A stretch of 64,000 nucleotides of DNA from Amphiscolops sp. MND2022 (lineage: Eukaryota), in contig OZ076409.1 of assembly GCA_964187785.1 (NCBI GenBank), forward strand, positions 6,574,001-6,638,000, read 5' to 3'. A model generated the notes under the pieces. That model did not search any database. It was not told the DNA's origin and saw only the letters and a program-made list of their open reading frames with translations. Shown here one piece after another: positions 26,000-39,145 of this stretch; within the stretch, counting starts at the first letter, position 1, and each line of letters starts with the position of its first letter. The position numbers and the translations under genes were made by a program.

Positions 26000-28336
26000 G
26001 CTGCGGGTTTGCCTGCCATTTTTGAACATTGAAGTTTCTAAACAGCTCATAGTGAATAAAATGTTCCGCTCTTTCACGTTTATTGACTTCGGATATGTCA
26101 CTGAAATCGGTTACGAAGCAAAGGAGGCCCCATGGTCTTATGAGGTTGATTGGGTAAACAGGAACTGTTTACAGGGTTGAGCTCGCAAAGACGTCGACGT
26201 AAGTCAGATGTTTGACCGACGTAAATTGACAATGCATCTTTGGTACCAACCAAAAAGTAGGCAAAACCAGCTTCTGATGTAATTCTATTTTCCGAGGTCG
26301 AAAAGGAGAAACTTTGGCTAAGTCTGAAAGTCAGCTTGATTAGCAGATGTTCGCGCTGGCCTTCCCATGAATTCATCTCACTGTTTGAGCAAGTAATTTT
26401 TCAATTGGAGCTAACGTTGCTGTTTCCTCGCCGGAAAAAAGTTATATTACCTGAATTCTGAACTCGACTTACTAATAAAGTTGTTCCCTTTCCCGGGGAC
26501 AATATTCTGTCCGAAAAAAAATCAATTTTGTGGCGATTTTCCCAATAGTTTCCCCAGTAGCTTTGCGTATGGTCATTTCCATAAAATTTTTCGGCGGGAA
26601 TTAGGTCCGTCTGAGTAAAGAGCCTGTATAATTATGAACGAAACCTGTTTGCTGGTGCAAAATCACGCTAAACCACCCATTTTCAACCAACATGTTGAAC
26701 TTCATTAGTTTTTTTTCGTTGACAGACTGTTTGAAAACACATATTTGACCCTGTGATACCTTCAAAGGTCGAACGTTCATGGTTATCCTCAGCAGTGCAT
26801 TTTCATTGCAGTAGAGAAGTTCAGGTTCAAAACATTGATGGTTGAGTGCTCTCTTTATTGCTAGAGGGGCAGTGTTCCAGTTACTCGGGCAGTTCATTTT
26901 CACCTCATCGATGCTCTTTAGCTCCCTAACGACCTGACCCGATGAAACCCCACGGATTTGAGCATGTATGGCTTTCAACTCAGCAGGTTAGTTGTCCGAG
27001 TCTCAAAATTTACATTTTTCCGCAAACCTTTCCAAAATTTCTTCGTTCGTTTGCCGATTTACCAGGAACGGATAACATCTTGAGAAACTGCCTACCTATA
27101 AAGTCTGCCATTCTAACCCATTTCCTTCTAACGAAAAGATCTCTACACTTGTAATTATGATTGGAGATGTCCATAATAAACGACCTTGCGGTGGTAATTG
27201 TTTCTGATCTCCGGTGCCAAATATCAGAACGCCTTCGAAAGGCACATAAGTGTCTCGTTTTTTTGAGGATGTGGTCTTTTGTAGCAAACTCTTCCGCAGA
27301 TACCATACCAATCTCTTCAAAATACAAAATCGATCATTTTCATTATTACTCGTTTCAGAAGGTCGTTTTTCAATTTCTGTGACCCTTGCTGCACAATGCA
27401 GTCCACGTTCAGTGTTTTTGAAACTGGTGAGCAAAAATTGTCATGAACATGCATTCCGGAAAACTGCACACCTCTTTCACTGCTCAAAGAAATAAATATC
27501 ACATTTAACCTCTGACACAAAGCGTACAAAGGAGTATTTTTGATCAAAAACGTTTTTCAGAACCGGGCATCCCTACTACTACTAAATGATGTTTGAAAAA
27601 AAAGCGGAACTTTTGTACTCGTCAATTGTTTTCATAAGCCTCTTAACCGTAGATTGCTGGTCGTTGAAAACAACGTTTTGCGATTTAAGACGATTGTATT
27701 GCAAAGGGCAATACAAGTTGCAATCAATGATGAACTGGATGTCAGGCTTACCTGTATCCTGAACTAAGTCATGAATTTGCGAAGCAACTGCGAAGAGTTT
27801 TTCCATAACAGGTCTCAAAAGTTCACCTGTGTATTCTTCCTGCAAAGCATTATAAACGATAGTTGGCGTTTCGTTATTTGTGTTTTCATCGAGTGATGTC
27901 CGGAACGCCACATTTGCACCAATCTGACGGTCTTGAGAAAAATGCGATCCGGGACATATATGACTCCTTTAAGGATAAACGTTTTCAGAAACCGACTATC
28001 TCACGTTCTATGATCGTCTCAGCGTCGTAACAAGACCAGCTGTTTGAAATGCTTTTATAATTGTACCCCGTCTTCATATAAATCGAATTCTGTTTCGTAT
28101 TTACCAAATTGAAGTAAAAACTTGTTAGGAAATAGGGCCATGTCGGGGAATTACATTTGGAAACACAACGACCACAGGTTTCGATTGATCTTCACGACTA
28201 TCGACAAGCCTGCTGATGTCGTGATTGTTAAGTATGTCTAAATAATTGGACGCGAAAAATCTATACTGCTGGCTTTGATTCGAACCACCCAGAAATAAAA
28301 TTTTGAAATGATACCACAAGGGCTTGTTTTTTTGCA
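26000..28336 (-). pseudogene. Frameshifted PIF1-family helicase with C-terminal GIY-YIG nuclease (Helitron/Helentron-like remnant)
   Basis: PIF1-like motifs EEIGMVS, PFEGVLIFGTGDQKQLPP, ITMNV..SQGQ and MTIRKATGET, followed by FAYFL...IYVGQTSDLRRRL (GIY-YIG); many frameshifts. Confidence 0.75.
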
Positions 28337-28367
28337 AATCGTAACAACTCTGAACCTAATCGTCAAG

Positions 28368-28615
28368 GTCTGAAACTGAACCCCCCATCGATCACGGTGG
28401 GCTATGTGTACGCGTACCGGGTGCCGGACTCGGGAGACAGCTTCGAGTTCATCCACAGGACTGAGATGGAGGATGTGGCTCTGGCGGTGTGCGAGTTCAA
28501 GGGGAGGGTGTTGATCGGGGTGGGCAAGTGGCTGCGACTGTACGACATGGGACGGAAGAAGTTGCTGAAGAAGTGCGAGAACAAACATCTCACTAACAAG
28601 ATCATCACCATCAAG
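28368..28615 (+). CDS. SF3B3: SF3B3 exon F
   Basis: GLKLNPPSITVGYVYAY...GRVLIGVGKWLRLYDMGRKKLLKKCENKHLTNKIITIK; tcaag acceptor, gttgtt donor. Confidence 0.92.
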
Positions 28616-29558
28616 GTTGTTGAATGAATAGAACAAAAAAGAAAGAATAAAACAAGAAAGAACATGAATGAAACAAGGAAAACAAGCCGGGAACGGCCAA
28701 AGTTGGCGCTATATCGAAGGCTCAAAATTGTAAAAGGGGGACCATTTGGGCTTTGTGAAACTCCAGTTAGTTGCAAAAGATGAAAAAAATTAAAGGGGGA
28801 CCCTTGGGAGATTTTTAAAAATTTCCGAAAAAAATTTAAAATGAGATTTTTGAAGTGTCACAGTGCCGAAAAATGTAAAAGGGGGCCTTTGGGATTTTTC
28901 AACATCCATTCTCGGGCAAAATTGAAGGTGGGACCCTTTGGTGCAGTCCAAAAATTTTCGAAAAAAGTCTCATAGTGCCGAAAAAAAATCCAAGTTAAAA
29001 ACACCAAGATAATAAAAGTTGGATCCTGAGTATGTTTTCGAGGTTTTGGACGTTGGTTTTGTTTTGGACGAGGTTCTGACGTTTCCAGTATGTTTTGGAC
29101 ATCCGTAGTTCAAGTTGAACAAATGAACGAAAAGTGGACTTTACGCGTATAAAAAAACTACCCGCTGTAAGAGTCGGGCACTTTTCTTCAAAAGCGCCGA
29201 CTAAAAAACACTGTTTGTTCAGACACTTCTTTCCAGTTGTTTATGGTCTAGTTTCTGACTGTTCAATTTGTTTGGTACTTTTTGTTTACAAACCAGAACG
29301 CCTCGTGTGAAAGATGATATCTGGAAAATTTCAATGAAGTGAATGAATTCCATGCTTTTTATTCCTTTGTCAAATTTTTGTACAATAAAATATTTGGCAA
29401 CAAACGAAAACCGTTGTGCATAACACATTGTTTTCCACGGTAGTTTTCCCAAGAGGAAAAAAGCATTAAAATAATTTTAAAAAAAACAGTATATTCCGTT
29501 CAAAAACCTTTTAAAAGCATTTTTCGTGAAACAACAAACTGTCTAATTAACAACCTTG
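28612..29558. mobile_element. hAT-like Introner forming SF3B3 intron F-G
   Basis: TIR caaggttgtt/aacaaccttg; perfect 8-bp TSD atcaccat at 28604-28611 and 29559-29566. Confidence 0.85.
28681..29208. mobile_element. HINE family 1 copy (nested)
   Basis: aacaagccgggaacggcc hairpin ... gcgccgactaaaaaa. Confidence 0.7.
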
Positions 29559-29570
29559 ATCACCATGCAG

Positions 29571-29758
29571 ACTGTCGGGTACCGGATCTTTGTCACCGAT
29601 GTGCAGGACAGTGTGACCTTTCTGCGCTACAAGCCCATAGAGAACCAGATGATCATTTTCGCCGATGACCCCAACCAGAGATTTGTGATGTCATCCTGTG
29701 TCGTGGATTACAACACAATCGCAGTGTCCGACAAATTTGGAACCATTTCCATCATCAG
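29571..29758 (+). CDS. SF3B3: SF3B3 exon G
   Basis: TVGYRIFVTDVQDS...ENQMIIFADD...DKFGTISII(R); cag acceptor, gtaata donor. Confidence 0.93.
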
Positions 29759-31132
29759 GTAATATTATTTCACTAAAGCACTGTTGTGAGTACTAATTAT
29801 TGCTGAACTGTTCATCTCACAATAGCTGATACAGTTGAATCCACCTAAATCGTATCACCAAGGACCGAAAAAAATAGTACGAAGAAGGAGAGATACGAAT
29901 TAACGACGGATGATATTACTAAGGTTGTCGCGAAAAGGCGTGTCTCGGATACCGACGAATTGAACGAAGATCCGAACTATCAGGATACGAATTAACCGGA
30001 ATTGACTCCATGTTGCACGTTTTTTCTCCAGCTATCACTTTTATAACTTTTTCTAAACTTCAAGGAAATGCCTGAGTCGTAGAGCTCCATGGCCTTGTGT
30101 TTAATGATGATAAATTTATTTATCCTGATTTCAATACCTAAACATTCTTCAAGTTAAATACATTTAAACAATATTTTGACTATAAAATAAGGAAAAGACT
30201 TCCAAAGGGCTTGTTTTCGCTCAGTGGGAAGCATCGTGGCATCAAATTTTTTTTTAAATTAAGTTTCAGTAACTTAGTTGGTGGAAAGTCATGAGTAATA
30301 ATTGAACCGCACTTCCACTCAAAAGATAAAAAAATACTTTCATAATATGATACTTTCATGATATGAACAATATCATACCGCTTCTGCTGTTGTACAAGAG
30401 TTCAAACGTGACACTTAATTTATACATTGCTGCAAACTTCGAAATAGTAACTATATTTTTAGAAGTTAAGAAGGCGTTAAGATGGAGTTCTGAAGTTACT
30501 TTTCAGCCTTCAAATTAGACGTTTAACTCTGAAATAGTTCACAAGGAGGCTCTGTTTAACAAATTGAATTCGTTGAGAAGTCGGCCTAAACTGGCATAAA
30601 AAACGCAAAAAATCTGAAGTTTTTGTCGTTCACCGAATGTTTTGCCTTTGCCTTCAAATAATTCCCTTGCTGGTACGTTTTACTCTCAATATAATGCGTT
30701 GGCCCGGTAAGCAGACGACGTGGATTTCAATCCTGCTCATTGCCACATATGATATATGCATTTTGAACTATAGAAATAGTGAGTTTGAATGAAACTTGTA
30801 TAATAAGTGATATAATTTAGGTATAACATTGGGAATTTGAATATAGCGCTTGTTTTCTGCGTGTTACAATGCTAAAGGTGGGTGTTTGAATCTACTCAAC
30901 GTCGGAGTTTTTGTCCAAATTGAGTGATACTAATAGCAGTTTCTGACAGCGTATATAACCAAACTATATTTCGGATGCAGCGCATGGAATGCGGATATAA
31001 CATATACGGTTGTTTTAGTATTATACTGACTTCGGTTCATTTTCTCGAAGGCCATTTTTAGTCAACGCGTTAAAAACTGGAATTTGCCCAACTTATAACA
31101 GTCATCTTTTTTAAATCTCAGTGGTCGATTAA

Positions 31133-31672
31133 AACAAGCCGGGACCGGCTCAAGTCGGCGCCATATCTAAGGCTCAAAAATAGCAAAAGGACTTCAAAGT
31201 GTCAAGTATTCTCTTCTACAGTACCCGCTTGAGGAAAAATTGGAAAAAAAAATCCGAACTTTTTAAATTTTTTTCCGATTTTTTTTGGTTTCCGGTAAGT
31301 CGCATAGTGCCGAAACATGTAAAAGGGGGCACTCTGGGAGTCTTTGAACATCCATTTTTTGCAAAATAGACAAAAAAATGACGGGTGGGCCCTTTGAGAT
31401 ATTTGCGAAAAAAAAGTCTCACAAAGCCGAAAAAAAAATTGCACAAAAAAATTTTGGTCAAGGGCGAGACTCGAACCCATTTCCTTCTGCTTGGCAGACC
31501 TCAAAAAAGCCGTAACCTCTATGCCAAGTGGCAGTGAAGTAGTGTGGCAGTAGTGGCAGTTTAGTGTTAGTCGGTCAACTTATAAAATTTATAAAATCTG
31601 TCAGTTCGTTGGTCTTAAAAAAAAGTCACTACTATAGTCTGCGTTTTTCTTCGAAAAGCGCCGACTAAAAAA
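31133..31672. mobile_element. HINE family 1 copy with tRNA-like segment
   Basis: Family termini; minus-strand B box gggttcgagtct at ~31467-31478. Confidence 0.7.
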
Positions 31673-31888
31673 CGGTTTTCGAGCCCAAAATGTCCCCATT
31701 TGCGTTTTTCGGTAGTATGCGAGTTTTCAATTTTATTTTTATTCATTTTGGGTTTTTTGATTTGCCAGAATTTAACAGCCACCCTTGAACATGTTTAAAA
31801 GAGTTGGCGCTTTTCGATCTTGAAGTGGCCCTGTGTTTTTATCTAGTCCACCAGCTGAACTTTTGACCTCTTTTTTTTTTCTTGCCAG

Positions 31889-32013
31889 GTTACCCGAGGG
31901 TACCAATGACGAAGTAGAGGACGACCCGACCGGTGCCAAGGCCCTGTGGGATCGCGGATGGTGCAATGGTGCCTCGCAGAAGTCAGAGGTCTTGTGCAGT
32001 TACAACATCGGAG
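31889..32013 (+). CDS. SF3B3: SF3B3 exon H
   Basis: RLPEGTNDEVEDDPTGAKALWDRGWCNGASQKSEV..YNIG; polypyrimidine tract plus cag acceptor, gttaga donor. Confidence 0.93.
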
Positions 32014-32237
32014 GTTAGATTTGTGATGTGTGCACCGCATTTCTTCAAATAGAAGTCGCATTGAGCCTGAAAATTTTTTCTGAGCCATAGCTTACCATAC
32101 TTCTGCGAATAAAAGCAGTGAAATCACTACCAAAAAACTTACAAGCCGCGGCCTGCATTTGAAGAAATACGGTATATCGATTATGAACTAGTAAATTCCC
32201 ACATGTCGTCCAAATAAAGTGGGAAGAAAAACTTTTG

Positions 32238-32762
32238 TTTTTAGTCGGCACTTTTTTTATCAGTGTTTTTAAGACCACCTGAAGTGACCAAAATAGTTCT
32301 ACCAAAAGTTCTACAAAAATTTGAGAAGACGCCAAATTGTACCTGTTGGCCCAAGGAACTGAACCAAAAAGGTTTACCGCGTAACATGCAATACCGGACG
32401 AGACCAAAGGGTCCCCCTTTTCAGTTTTTCCGGCATTGCGAGACTTTTTTTCGGAAAAATTGTGTTCCCCAAAGGGTCCCCCATTCAATTTTTTGGAGTT
32501 TTGTTTTTTTCGGCACTGTGCGACTTTTTTTCAATTTTTTTCCACCAAAGGGTCCCCCCTTCATTTTTTTTGGAGTTTTGCAACAGAATGGATGTTGAAA
32601 AATCCCAACGGGTCCTCCCTTTCAGTTTTTTTCTGCATTGAGACTTTTTTCAAAAATTTTTCATAAAAGGTTCCAAATTCACCAATACTTTGACATTCTG
32701 AAGTCCTTTTGCTATTTTTGAGCCTTATATATGGCGCCGACTTGGGCCGTTCCCGCCTTGTT
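32238..32762. mobile_element. HINE family 1 copy (opposite orientation)
   Basis: ttttagtcggc ... gcgccgacttgggccgttcccgccttgtt; partial paralog at 33502-33910. Confidence 0.7.
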
Positions 32763-32815
32763 TTTCTTCGCCGTGTTGTAAGAAAACCACCGCGTTTTTA
32801 ATTGCCTTCCAGGAG

Positions 32816-33174
32816 ACATCGCCCTGACGATCCAGAAATGCACGCTGATTCCGGGGGGCTCCGAATGTTTGGTGTACACAACACTCTCTGGGGGCATCGG
32901 GGCTCTTCTGCCCATCAACGTGCACGAAGACGCGGAGTTTTTCCAGCACCTGGAAATGCACTTGAGACAAGAGTCGCCCAGTTACGTCGGGCGGGACCAC
33001 TTGTCCTATCGTTCCTACTACTCACCAGTGCGTCATGTTATCGACGGAGACCTGTGTGAAACATTCAACGCCCTTGAGTTGTCGAAACAGAAAGCAATAG
33101 CTGAGGAACTTGATCGAGTGCCGACCGAAATTTCAAAGAAACTCGAAGATATTCGCACACGTTTTGCATTTTAG
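32816..33174 (+). CDS. SF3B3: SF3B3 last coding exon
   Basis: DIALTIQKCTLIPGGSECLVYTTLSGGIG...GRDHLSYRSYY...KKLEDIRTRFAF* is the SF3B3 C-terminus; NAGNAG acceptor means the exon starts at 32813 or 32816. Confidence 0.95.
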
Positions 33175-34412
33175 CTGTTCTAGACATTCCTTCTCTTTTG
33201 TTGGCCTATCTTCTTCATCTGATGAAAACAATGCTAAGAAAATTGGAAAGATGCTCAAATCAAATTATATTTGTTGTGTAATTGTATTTTAGTGCTTTGC
33301 CACCAAAGAAATATCCTATGTTGAAAAGTCTACTTATGAAATTGTCGTTTTGAACTGCATTTGTGGAGAATTTTTTTGATGTTTTTGAGATTTCGTTTTT
33401 GTCAATTAATATCTAGTGTTGGACGTTTTCTTGGCTAAGAGTCTTGAGTTGAGAAAAAAGTTTTGGAACTAAAGCTCTAGGAATTTTTATGGAATTTATG
33501 ATTTTTAGTCGGCGCTTTTCTTAAGAAGAGAGTCGACTATAGTCATGGCTTTTCGTCAGTGTTTTTTTCGATACACCTGAAGTGACCAAAATAGATCTAC
33601 CAAAAGTTCTACAAAATTTTGAGAAAAGGCCAAATTGTACCTGTTGGCCCAAGGAACTGAACCAAAAAGGTTTCCCGCGTAACATACAATACCGGACGAG
33701 ACCAAAGGGTCCCCTTTAGATTTTTTCGGCACTGTGCGACTTTTTCAAAAAAAAAAAATTTCCACCAAAGGATCCCCCATCAATTTTTTTGGAGTTTTGC
33801 AACAGAATGGATGTTGAAAAATCCCAAAGGGTCCTTCATTTCAGTTTTTTCGGCATTGTGAGACTTCAATTTTTTCTCGTAAAAGGTTCCAAATTCACCA
33901 CTACTTTGACAAAGTTTGTTTTTGTCTGTAAAGAGTAATTTTCAACATAAGCTAAGGCCATCATCAATGAGCACTCTGGAACCGAGTTTTGGAATTCAGC
34001 AAGATTAATTTTGGATGAAAGTCCAGCGTGAGCGAAAAGTTTGACCAAATAAAAAACCCATTTTTTCAAAAAAATCAGCCAAAATCGCTTGAGGTTCCCG
34101 GTTAGAAGTGACTATTTTCGAGAGATGTCAATCGTTTTTGCTCACTTCGAACAGTTTTAACTGTGCCGGAAATGATAGTACGAAATGCTGGATATAGCAG
34201 AATGATGCCAGTCGTTTCAAGCTACAAAATGCCGGGAAAATTTTTATTAATTACTATGACCACCCAGCCTGATTAGCCCTACTGCAGATTATACTGTTGA
34301 ATTAAGTTTGTATCTGGAGTTATATGGGTCCTGAAATATTGTTAGCTAATGAAGCACAGGCCCCAAGTACGACCTACTTTAGAGAAGGCCCCGAGTCGTT
34401 TTTACTGGCTAT

Positions 34413-34814
34413 TAGGGGTGTGCCGGACATCAAGTCCGGTCCGGTATCCGGCCGGACTTCTGACGAAATCCGGCCGGACAAATGTCTAAGCAAATGATGG
34501 CATATCTCAGATTAGAACCTAGAATTCGACACTCATGCATTTATTGCCACTTTTGAACATTCATTTCTCGACAACATCCAAAAGTTTCCGGCATTTTGAT
34601 CTTGAAGAAAAAAATAGAATTAATTTTCCCCACTTTTTTGGAGCAAACATTTACTTTGCTTTTCGTCATACTTATTATTGTCCAGTTCTGATAACAGTCT
34701 TCCATCGCTTACAGTTGAGGATAATGTCCGGTCCGGTCCGGTTGGTATCCAGCTTTATTCAGTCCTGTCGGGTTATCCGGCGGGACGGAAATTTTCCTGT
34801 CCGATGCACCTCTA
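34413..34814. mobile_element. hAT-like MITE upstream of BIN3
   Basis: taggggtgtgccggac / gtccgatgcacctcta ends, ccgg-rich subterminal repeats, flanks ctggctat/ctggccgt. Confidence 0.6.
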
Positions 34815-35776
34815 CTGGCCGTTGTTCATAAATCCAAAGTTTCTTCCTAAAGTTTTCATGCTTGTAACAATCACGTATTATTGCAGCCAATTATAAACGT
34901 GAACTTTCTCGTGATTACAAATAGACAAATAACTACAGTAGACGATCGAGTTTTGGGTTATCTCAAAACTCAACGAGTTGTCATGAATTTTGGATCCCGA
35001 GATAGGTTGATAGGCCATTCATATTCGTCGGTCATATTTGTTGACCGAAATGAAGGCTATTCTTTCGTTGTGACTTCTATTGTTGAACTTTCTATCTTTG
35101 GACGAGGCAGCATTTTGCAGTTTGTCATCAAATCTACTTGCTTTCGTTTGTGTATGGCTTGCTTGCTACATTGAAGTATAAACAAGTTCCTTAGAATAGA
35201 AAAAGCGTGCGAGTTTATTGTTTCGAACAACCATGTTTCTTTATTTCCCACCCCTAGATACACCCCTTGTTTCTTATCCTCCCCCAACACGAAGGCAACT
35301 TTTATCCCTGAAAAATCTTGTAAGGCGAATGAAAAATTGATATGACTGTAAATACTTAGAAAATTGTTTCTATAGTTGTTTTGGCACTTGAAGCAAAAAC
35401 ATTATTCGGATTATTCGGCTAATGAAAAAAGCAAAAAATCACCCCTGAAACAAGCTAAAATTGTGTGACCATGAATTTCTTTTCAAATGATCGATGTATA
35501 GCACTATAAAAACTTGTTTGAATTCAGCCAACGAATCATGTTTCAAATTTCATACCATGGAATCATGTTTTTGTCAAACTTTGAAATGCTCCTATTTTTG
35601 AAGGCGTTACTTTTCATAATGTAAAATTCGTGAATCCAGTTTTGCCTTCAAAAAGTCCCGAAACTAACATATGTGTGCAAATGAAACGAAGCGAGTAGAT
35701 TTATTCACGCTTTACCGATTCGTTACGACATAGAATTATTTTATTGGCTGAAGTTTGCGCAAAAATATTTGGAAAG

Positions 35777-35926
35777 ATGAGCAGTTTGTTTAAAGATATT
35801 GTGTTGATGAACTGGAACATCCGGAAGTCGGATCGGAGAAATGTCATCAACGCGGCCGACGAGGAATTGTTCCAGAGACACAGATCCAACTTGAACTCCA
35901 TGGAAAAGAACCTCAACAAACTACAG
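35777..35926 (+). CDS. BIN3: BIN3-like N-BAR protein exon 1
   Basis: MSSLFKDIVLMNWNIRKSDRRNVI..EELFQRHRSNLNSMEKNLNKLQ, amphipathic and coiled like the BIN3 N-terminus; gtaacg donor; alternative ATG at 35807. Confidence 0.7.
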
Positions 35927-35940
35927 GTAACGACAACTAT

Positions 35941-36301
35941 TACCGTATTTCTTCGAATAGAAGTCGCCCCCGAATAAAAGCCGCCCCCGATTAGAAGCCA
36001 CACTTAGCCTGAAAATCATATTTTATAAGCCCCCCTCCCCGATTATAAGCCGCGACTTGTAATTGAGTTATTCAAAAGTTTGAAACCGTCATGGAAAACT
36101 TTAAAGGCATATCTCATGTTACGTATTCATCAATCAAAGACAATATAACAGAAGCATCATCACTAGTTTCAGAAGACTCAACAACTTGCGAAATGACTCG
36201 GAAACAAATTTCAAGAATGCAAGCCGCCCCCGAATATAGGCCGCAAAATCCTTACGGGAAAAATCTTGAAAGGCGCGGCCTGTATTCGAAGAAATACGGT
36301 A
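35941..36301. mobile_element. pogo/Tigger-like MITE
   Basis: taccgtatttcttcgaata ... tattcgaagaaatacggta; relatives at ~32034-32174 and ~46709-46853. Confidence 0.75.
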
Positions 36302-38312
36302 TTCGGATTATGATGAAATACAGAAGATTTCATATATACGAGGGCACTGTAGAAATTTATATATAATGTAATAAAAAGATTATTTTAGATTAATCATTAG
36401 TTAACCGTAAACCCGAAATGGGCGAGAAAATTTCCGTAGCCATTCAAAAATCTGGTGCTTAAACTTTAGACCGCAATATCTCCTAAACTATTCGAGTTCG
36501 ACAAACTATTTTTGGCGCGTTCGAAAGAAGACAATCAGGGCTTTCACATTGATTTCTGTACTTTTAAGTTAGGAGCTCCAATTTTTGCGCCAAAACCTTG
36601 ATCGCCTCGTGTCTCTGATTGCAATTCAGTATGTTATTCTGATATTTCCGCACATATATTATAGATCGATAGAGAAATTAACCTTCTCAATGTAATTTTT
36701 AGGAGTCGGAAAAAATTTCGACTAATGTACTCGTACCTTTTTTCTCCTGAACTTTTTATGAAAATTTCAAATTTTTCAATTCCAACGGCAGTTTATTTTT
36801 ATATGATAGGATAATGAAATGTATCATCTGCCTAGAAGTTGGTGGGTACTTTATCACAAATAGTAAAGAATGATCATTGGCGAGTCATTGACGGATTAAA
36901 TAGGCTGTTTATATGCTTCCTTCTTCTGAAAAAAAAGTAAAATAAATATTCACTTCCATTTTTTGTTTGACAGGTGTTTCCATTTTTAGGAGTCGGAACA
37001 ATTTTCGACTACTTATGCAATCGTACTTTTTTCTCCCGACCTTTCAATGAAAATTTCAACTTTGTCAAAAACTCCATAAGATTTTGACAAAATTCAGCGA
37101 GGTCATTCTACACCCAAAGGTGTTCCTGCGTGTGTAATGACATCAAAATCGTATGACTGGGATGTGAGAAACAGTAAAAATTAGGGCCATTTTTGGACTT
37201 TTTCCAATTTTTTCAAAAGCTGTCCATTCCTCTACCGCGCACGCGGCTCTGGTTCTATACTCGAAAGTTTAAATTTAAACTCGATAGAGTTCTTTTAACA
37301 GAATTTGACAAAAATTGAAATCATCAGTTTATCTGGAAATCAGTTCAATTATGACAAAGTTCACCTTTTCAACCCTTCGTGCAGATTTCTAGCGTTTTCG
37401 GTGGCAAAAATTGATAGGGTACGTTTGAGACTTAATATTCTGTTGCTGCTAAAATTTATTCGGGGCGCAAAACATACCAATGCTTAGTTGGTAGCTTGTT
37501 ATTTTAAAGACATCTAAGTGGCCAATTGATATCTTTTTCAGCAATCGCATTTCAACTGCTGGCAAGCAGTAATCTGATCCCAAGCGTTTTCCTTCAGTGA
37601 GAATTTCATGCTATCACAATTAGTTCGATTCTCAAAGCTGAAAATACGTGGTGGTTTTTAAGATTTATGTGATCAACGTTCGTCTTTTTTCACGACGAAT
37701 GAAAAATTTTCTGAAGTTATAGGTATCGTCCAGTTTTGTTTTCAACATCAAAACGCCGAAATGTTCGTTGGAAATGTTTTTCTCATGCTTTTTCATTTTC
37801 TGGTTTTCAAAGCTTTTTAAACGATAATTATGCTTAGAGTTATCAGAGTGTCGCCGAGTTTCGCGTTTTGATTTTATTGTCAAGATATTAGGTCCAAAAG
37901 CTGCAATAAATGCAGAGGTGTCTCTATTTTTGACTTTTTAAAATTTTTTAAATGATATTTTTTCACTCAATTTCCTTGGCAGTGGTCCCAATTAAAAGTT
38001 AACTACCTTCATGTTGAATCAAGTGGAGCCGATTTTTGGAATTTTGATTAATTATGGAGAAATACTTGATGGAAATTTCTGGTAAATATTGTTTTTCCGC
38101 ATGACTTTTTTCCCGAACTACTCCACGCGATTCCTTCCAAATTAATGGTTATCGAAAGCTCATGATACGTAGTTTGAATCAAGTTAATCGGTTTCGCGCA
38201 TTTCTCGTTCATTTTACTATCTCTGGGAAACTATTGACTTTAATGAAATCCGAATTTTTGAGAGCCAACAACTTTTTGGCTAGTAGTCAATTTGACGAGC
38301 AACTATTTGTCA

Positions 38313-38929
38313 AACAAGCCGGGAACGGCATAAGTCGGCGCCATATCTAAGGCTCAAAAATAGCAAAAGGACATGAAAGTGTCAAAAAACTTGAAAGTAT
38401 CAAACTCACAAAAAGAGTATCAAACTCACGAGAAATCCAAACGACGAAACTGGCGCGCCAGGTGCCCGCTAGCGCGGGCTCTGGCGCTAAAAGGGGGATC
38501 GTTTCGTATTTTTAACATCCATTGTTGCAAAACATCAAAAAAAAATCGAAGGGGACGCTTTGGCGGAAAAAAATTCCGAAAAGTCTCAATGCCAAAAAAA
38601 CTGAAAGAGGGGACTCTTTGTGATTTTTCAACATCCATTCTGTCGCAAAACATCAAAAAATTGAAGGGGGTCCCTTTGGGGTAATTTATTTCGAAAAAGA
38701 AGTCTCACAATGCAGAAAAACTGAAAGGGGGCCCTTCAGTCTCTTCCGGTATGGTATGTTACGCGGAAAAAGAGGAAAAATCTTTTTGGTTCAGTTCGCT
38801 AGGCCAAATGATTCAATTTGGGACCATAAAATTTTGCAGAAGTTTCAAGAATATTTTGGTCAGTTCGTGTGGATTGAAAAAAGTCACTATAATCGTCGCG
38901 TTTCACTTCATGAAGCGCCGACTAAAAAA
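38313..38929. mobile_element. HINE family 1 copy
   Basis: aacaagccgggaacggc..agtcggcgcc ... gcgccgactaaaaaa. Confidence 0.7.
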
Positions 38930-39145
38930 CAGTTCTCTCGGTTGTGTGCAAAGGCATTCTGCTCCTATATAGTTTCATATTTCTTGAGGTTTGACTCGAA
39001 CCAGTGATTTGACGTGTATAAAAGTTTCCGGTACTTGGTCTTTTAAGTATAACATTCAAAACATTCGTGTATGTAACGGTAAATATTCGGAGATACTAGA
39101 GTACCGTAAACGGTAATTTTTCATCTTTATAAAGTTTATATATTT

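Larger units (their letters stand above)
10813..28352. mobile_element. TIR-bounded composite unit coinciding with the 17.5-kb SF3B3 intron E-F
   Basis: Perfect 16-bp inverted repeat cagagttgttacgatt (10813-10828) / aatcgtaacaactctg (28337-28352). Confidence 0.55.
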
